A stretch of 64,000 nt of DNA from Tubiluchus corallicola (taxonomy: Eukaryota > Animalia > Priapulida): assembly GCA_030141605.1 (NCBI GenBank), contig JAQGDQ010001064.1, positions 1,936 to 65,935 of the forward strand, written 5' to 3'. The notes below the pieces were generated by a model, which saw nothing but the letters and a program-made list of their open reading frames with translations, was not told the origin of the DNA and ran no database searches. Both the position numbers and the translations under genes were made by a program. Below, piece by piece: positions 62,549 to 64,000 of the stretch. Every line of letters starts with the position of its first letter. Positions within the stretch are counted from its first letter, which is position 1.

Positions 62549-63219
62549 ACCAAACATCCAACTGCAGCTGGTTGTTTCAGTAGTTTTTTGCTGGGTCAAG
62601 TTACGATGCTTCTTGGAATGGAAATTGGTCCTTGGTCTGCCCCCCACCCCCCACCCCCGACCCACTATCCAATATCCACTCGTGCTGTGCTGACCTTCAT
62701 TTCCTAATGGAGTTTTCCCAAACACCCCGGATGCTAAACACAACAAAACTTATAGACGAGTTTTTCTTTGCGCTCCCAGGATAAGGTTTCGGGAAACGGG
62801 ATCTCTCCTTATTTCAATGTGCCCCCTCGCGGGCGGGTGCATGCACGGGGTACTAAACACTCTTTGATATACAAGCTTTGCGAACGTGTAGCACTTTCAA
62901 GGTTTGAATTTGATACCAATTCTTCCTGTTAATGTATTTTTAACATCACCAGAACGGGGGCGTATTTACCAAGGGGCGTATAGGCTACCTGGGCTGCTGC
63001 ATAGGGCGCAGAAGTTTTAGGGGCATCACATTTTAGAAAAAATTCTTATCCTCCTATGAATGCTTTCATATTCATGTAAAGGGAGCATTTTATAACACGC
63101 CACAGACAGTTGCTGAGCTTACCTTTTATATAAGTGCCACATAATGAACAGGGGCAAGGTATCACACAACAAGCAGTTACTCCGCCTGCTTGAATGTAAC
63201 TGCTACACAAATCCATGTG

Positions 63220-63420
63220 AATAATAATAATAATAATAATAACAATTACTACAATAACAATAATAGCGAACAACAATAATAATATAAATAATAATGATAA
63301 CGAACAATGATAATAATAACAATAACGATAAAAAAACAATAATAATAAATGAAAAATAAATAATAATAATAGTAATAATAATAATAATAATGTTAATAAT
63401 TACTAATAATATAATAATAA
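63220..63420. repeat. (AAT)n degenerate microsatellite
   Basis: direct inspection. Confidence 0.85.
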
Positions 63421-63774
63421 TGAATCTCGTAAAAACAAGGTTGATAGTGTTTCTAATACACCACAAGTAATTGTTTATTGGTTCATTACATAAACAGCCA
63501 TAAATTCACAATAGAGATGGGCTGGATAGAGCGGTCAGCCAAAGGAAGTCTTGATACCCCCTGCAGTTCGCAAATGACTAGAAAAACGATCTCGTGGCAT
63601 TTTACTAGGACAAGGTAACTTCAAAGACTTTCTGTTCAAAATTGGATACATACATGAAATTGTCTGTATATGTTTATTAATAACTTTTAAAAATCTTTAT
63701 TGAAAATGATGCAATAAGCTCTCTATTTGCTGGGCACATAAGTACAAAAACGTTAAATAACTTTACAAAATGTT

Positions 63775-63985
63775 ATCAAAACTTGTTTCAAATGACTTAT
63801 CATCAGAATGGTTGCGCTAACGGTCATCGCAGAAGTTTAAACTTACAAGTTTTATACAGCATTACTGCCGACGCAAGCCCTGCATGCAAGAAGGCAGTCT
63901 GTAAGTGATATAAAATTTCAAAACGAATTTTTTAACCTTTATGTAAGTGGAGGGTTTTCTTGCGCTTTAAACGGTTTGCACCCTT
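63775..63985. mobile_element. family E partial copy
   Basis: aacggtcatcgc...gacgcaagccctgcatgcaa shared with 60580-60740. Confidence 0.7.
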
Positions 63986-64000
63986 AGTCTTAGAACATTA

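Overview
Eukaryotic (invertebrate metazoan-type), AT-rich, repeat-dense genomic DNA with one assembly gap (169-1158). There are two gene systems arranged tail to tail. (1) On + strand: three tandem paralogous aminergic class A GPCRs (histamine H3/H4-like residues). Each has the whole 7TM region in one exon that begins at a homologous phase-1 acceptor. (2) On - strand: a complete striated-muscle-type myosin II heavy chain gene that I reconstructed by hand (18 coding exons, 55205 to 27386, all GT-AG and phase-consistent, 5868 nt = 1955 aa + stop), plus candidate non-coding 5' and 3' exons. The rest is MITEs (piggyBac-, hAT-, Tc1/pogo-, Kolobok-like), LINE remnants, a 5S-rRNA-headed SINE, microsatellites and many minisatellites. 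The most unusual signal is a set of minisatellites whose unit is a copy of a functional gene junction: two GPCR stop codons and a myosin splice donor. The donor array reads as serial in-frame 42-nt mini-exons. There are also hammerhead-like and HDV-like ribozyme motifs in repeats. Most of the low-complexity ORFs in the track are repeat artefacts. Everything here is by-eye analysis, with no database searches.
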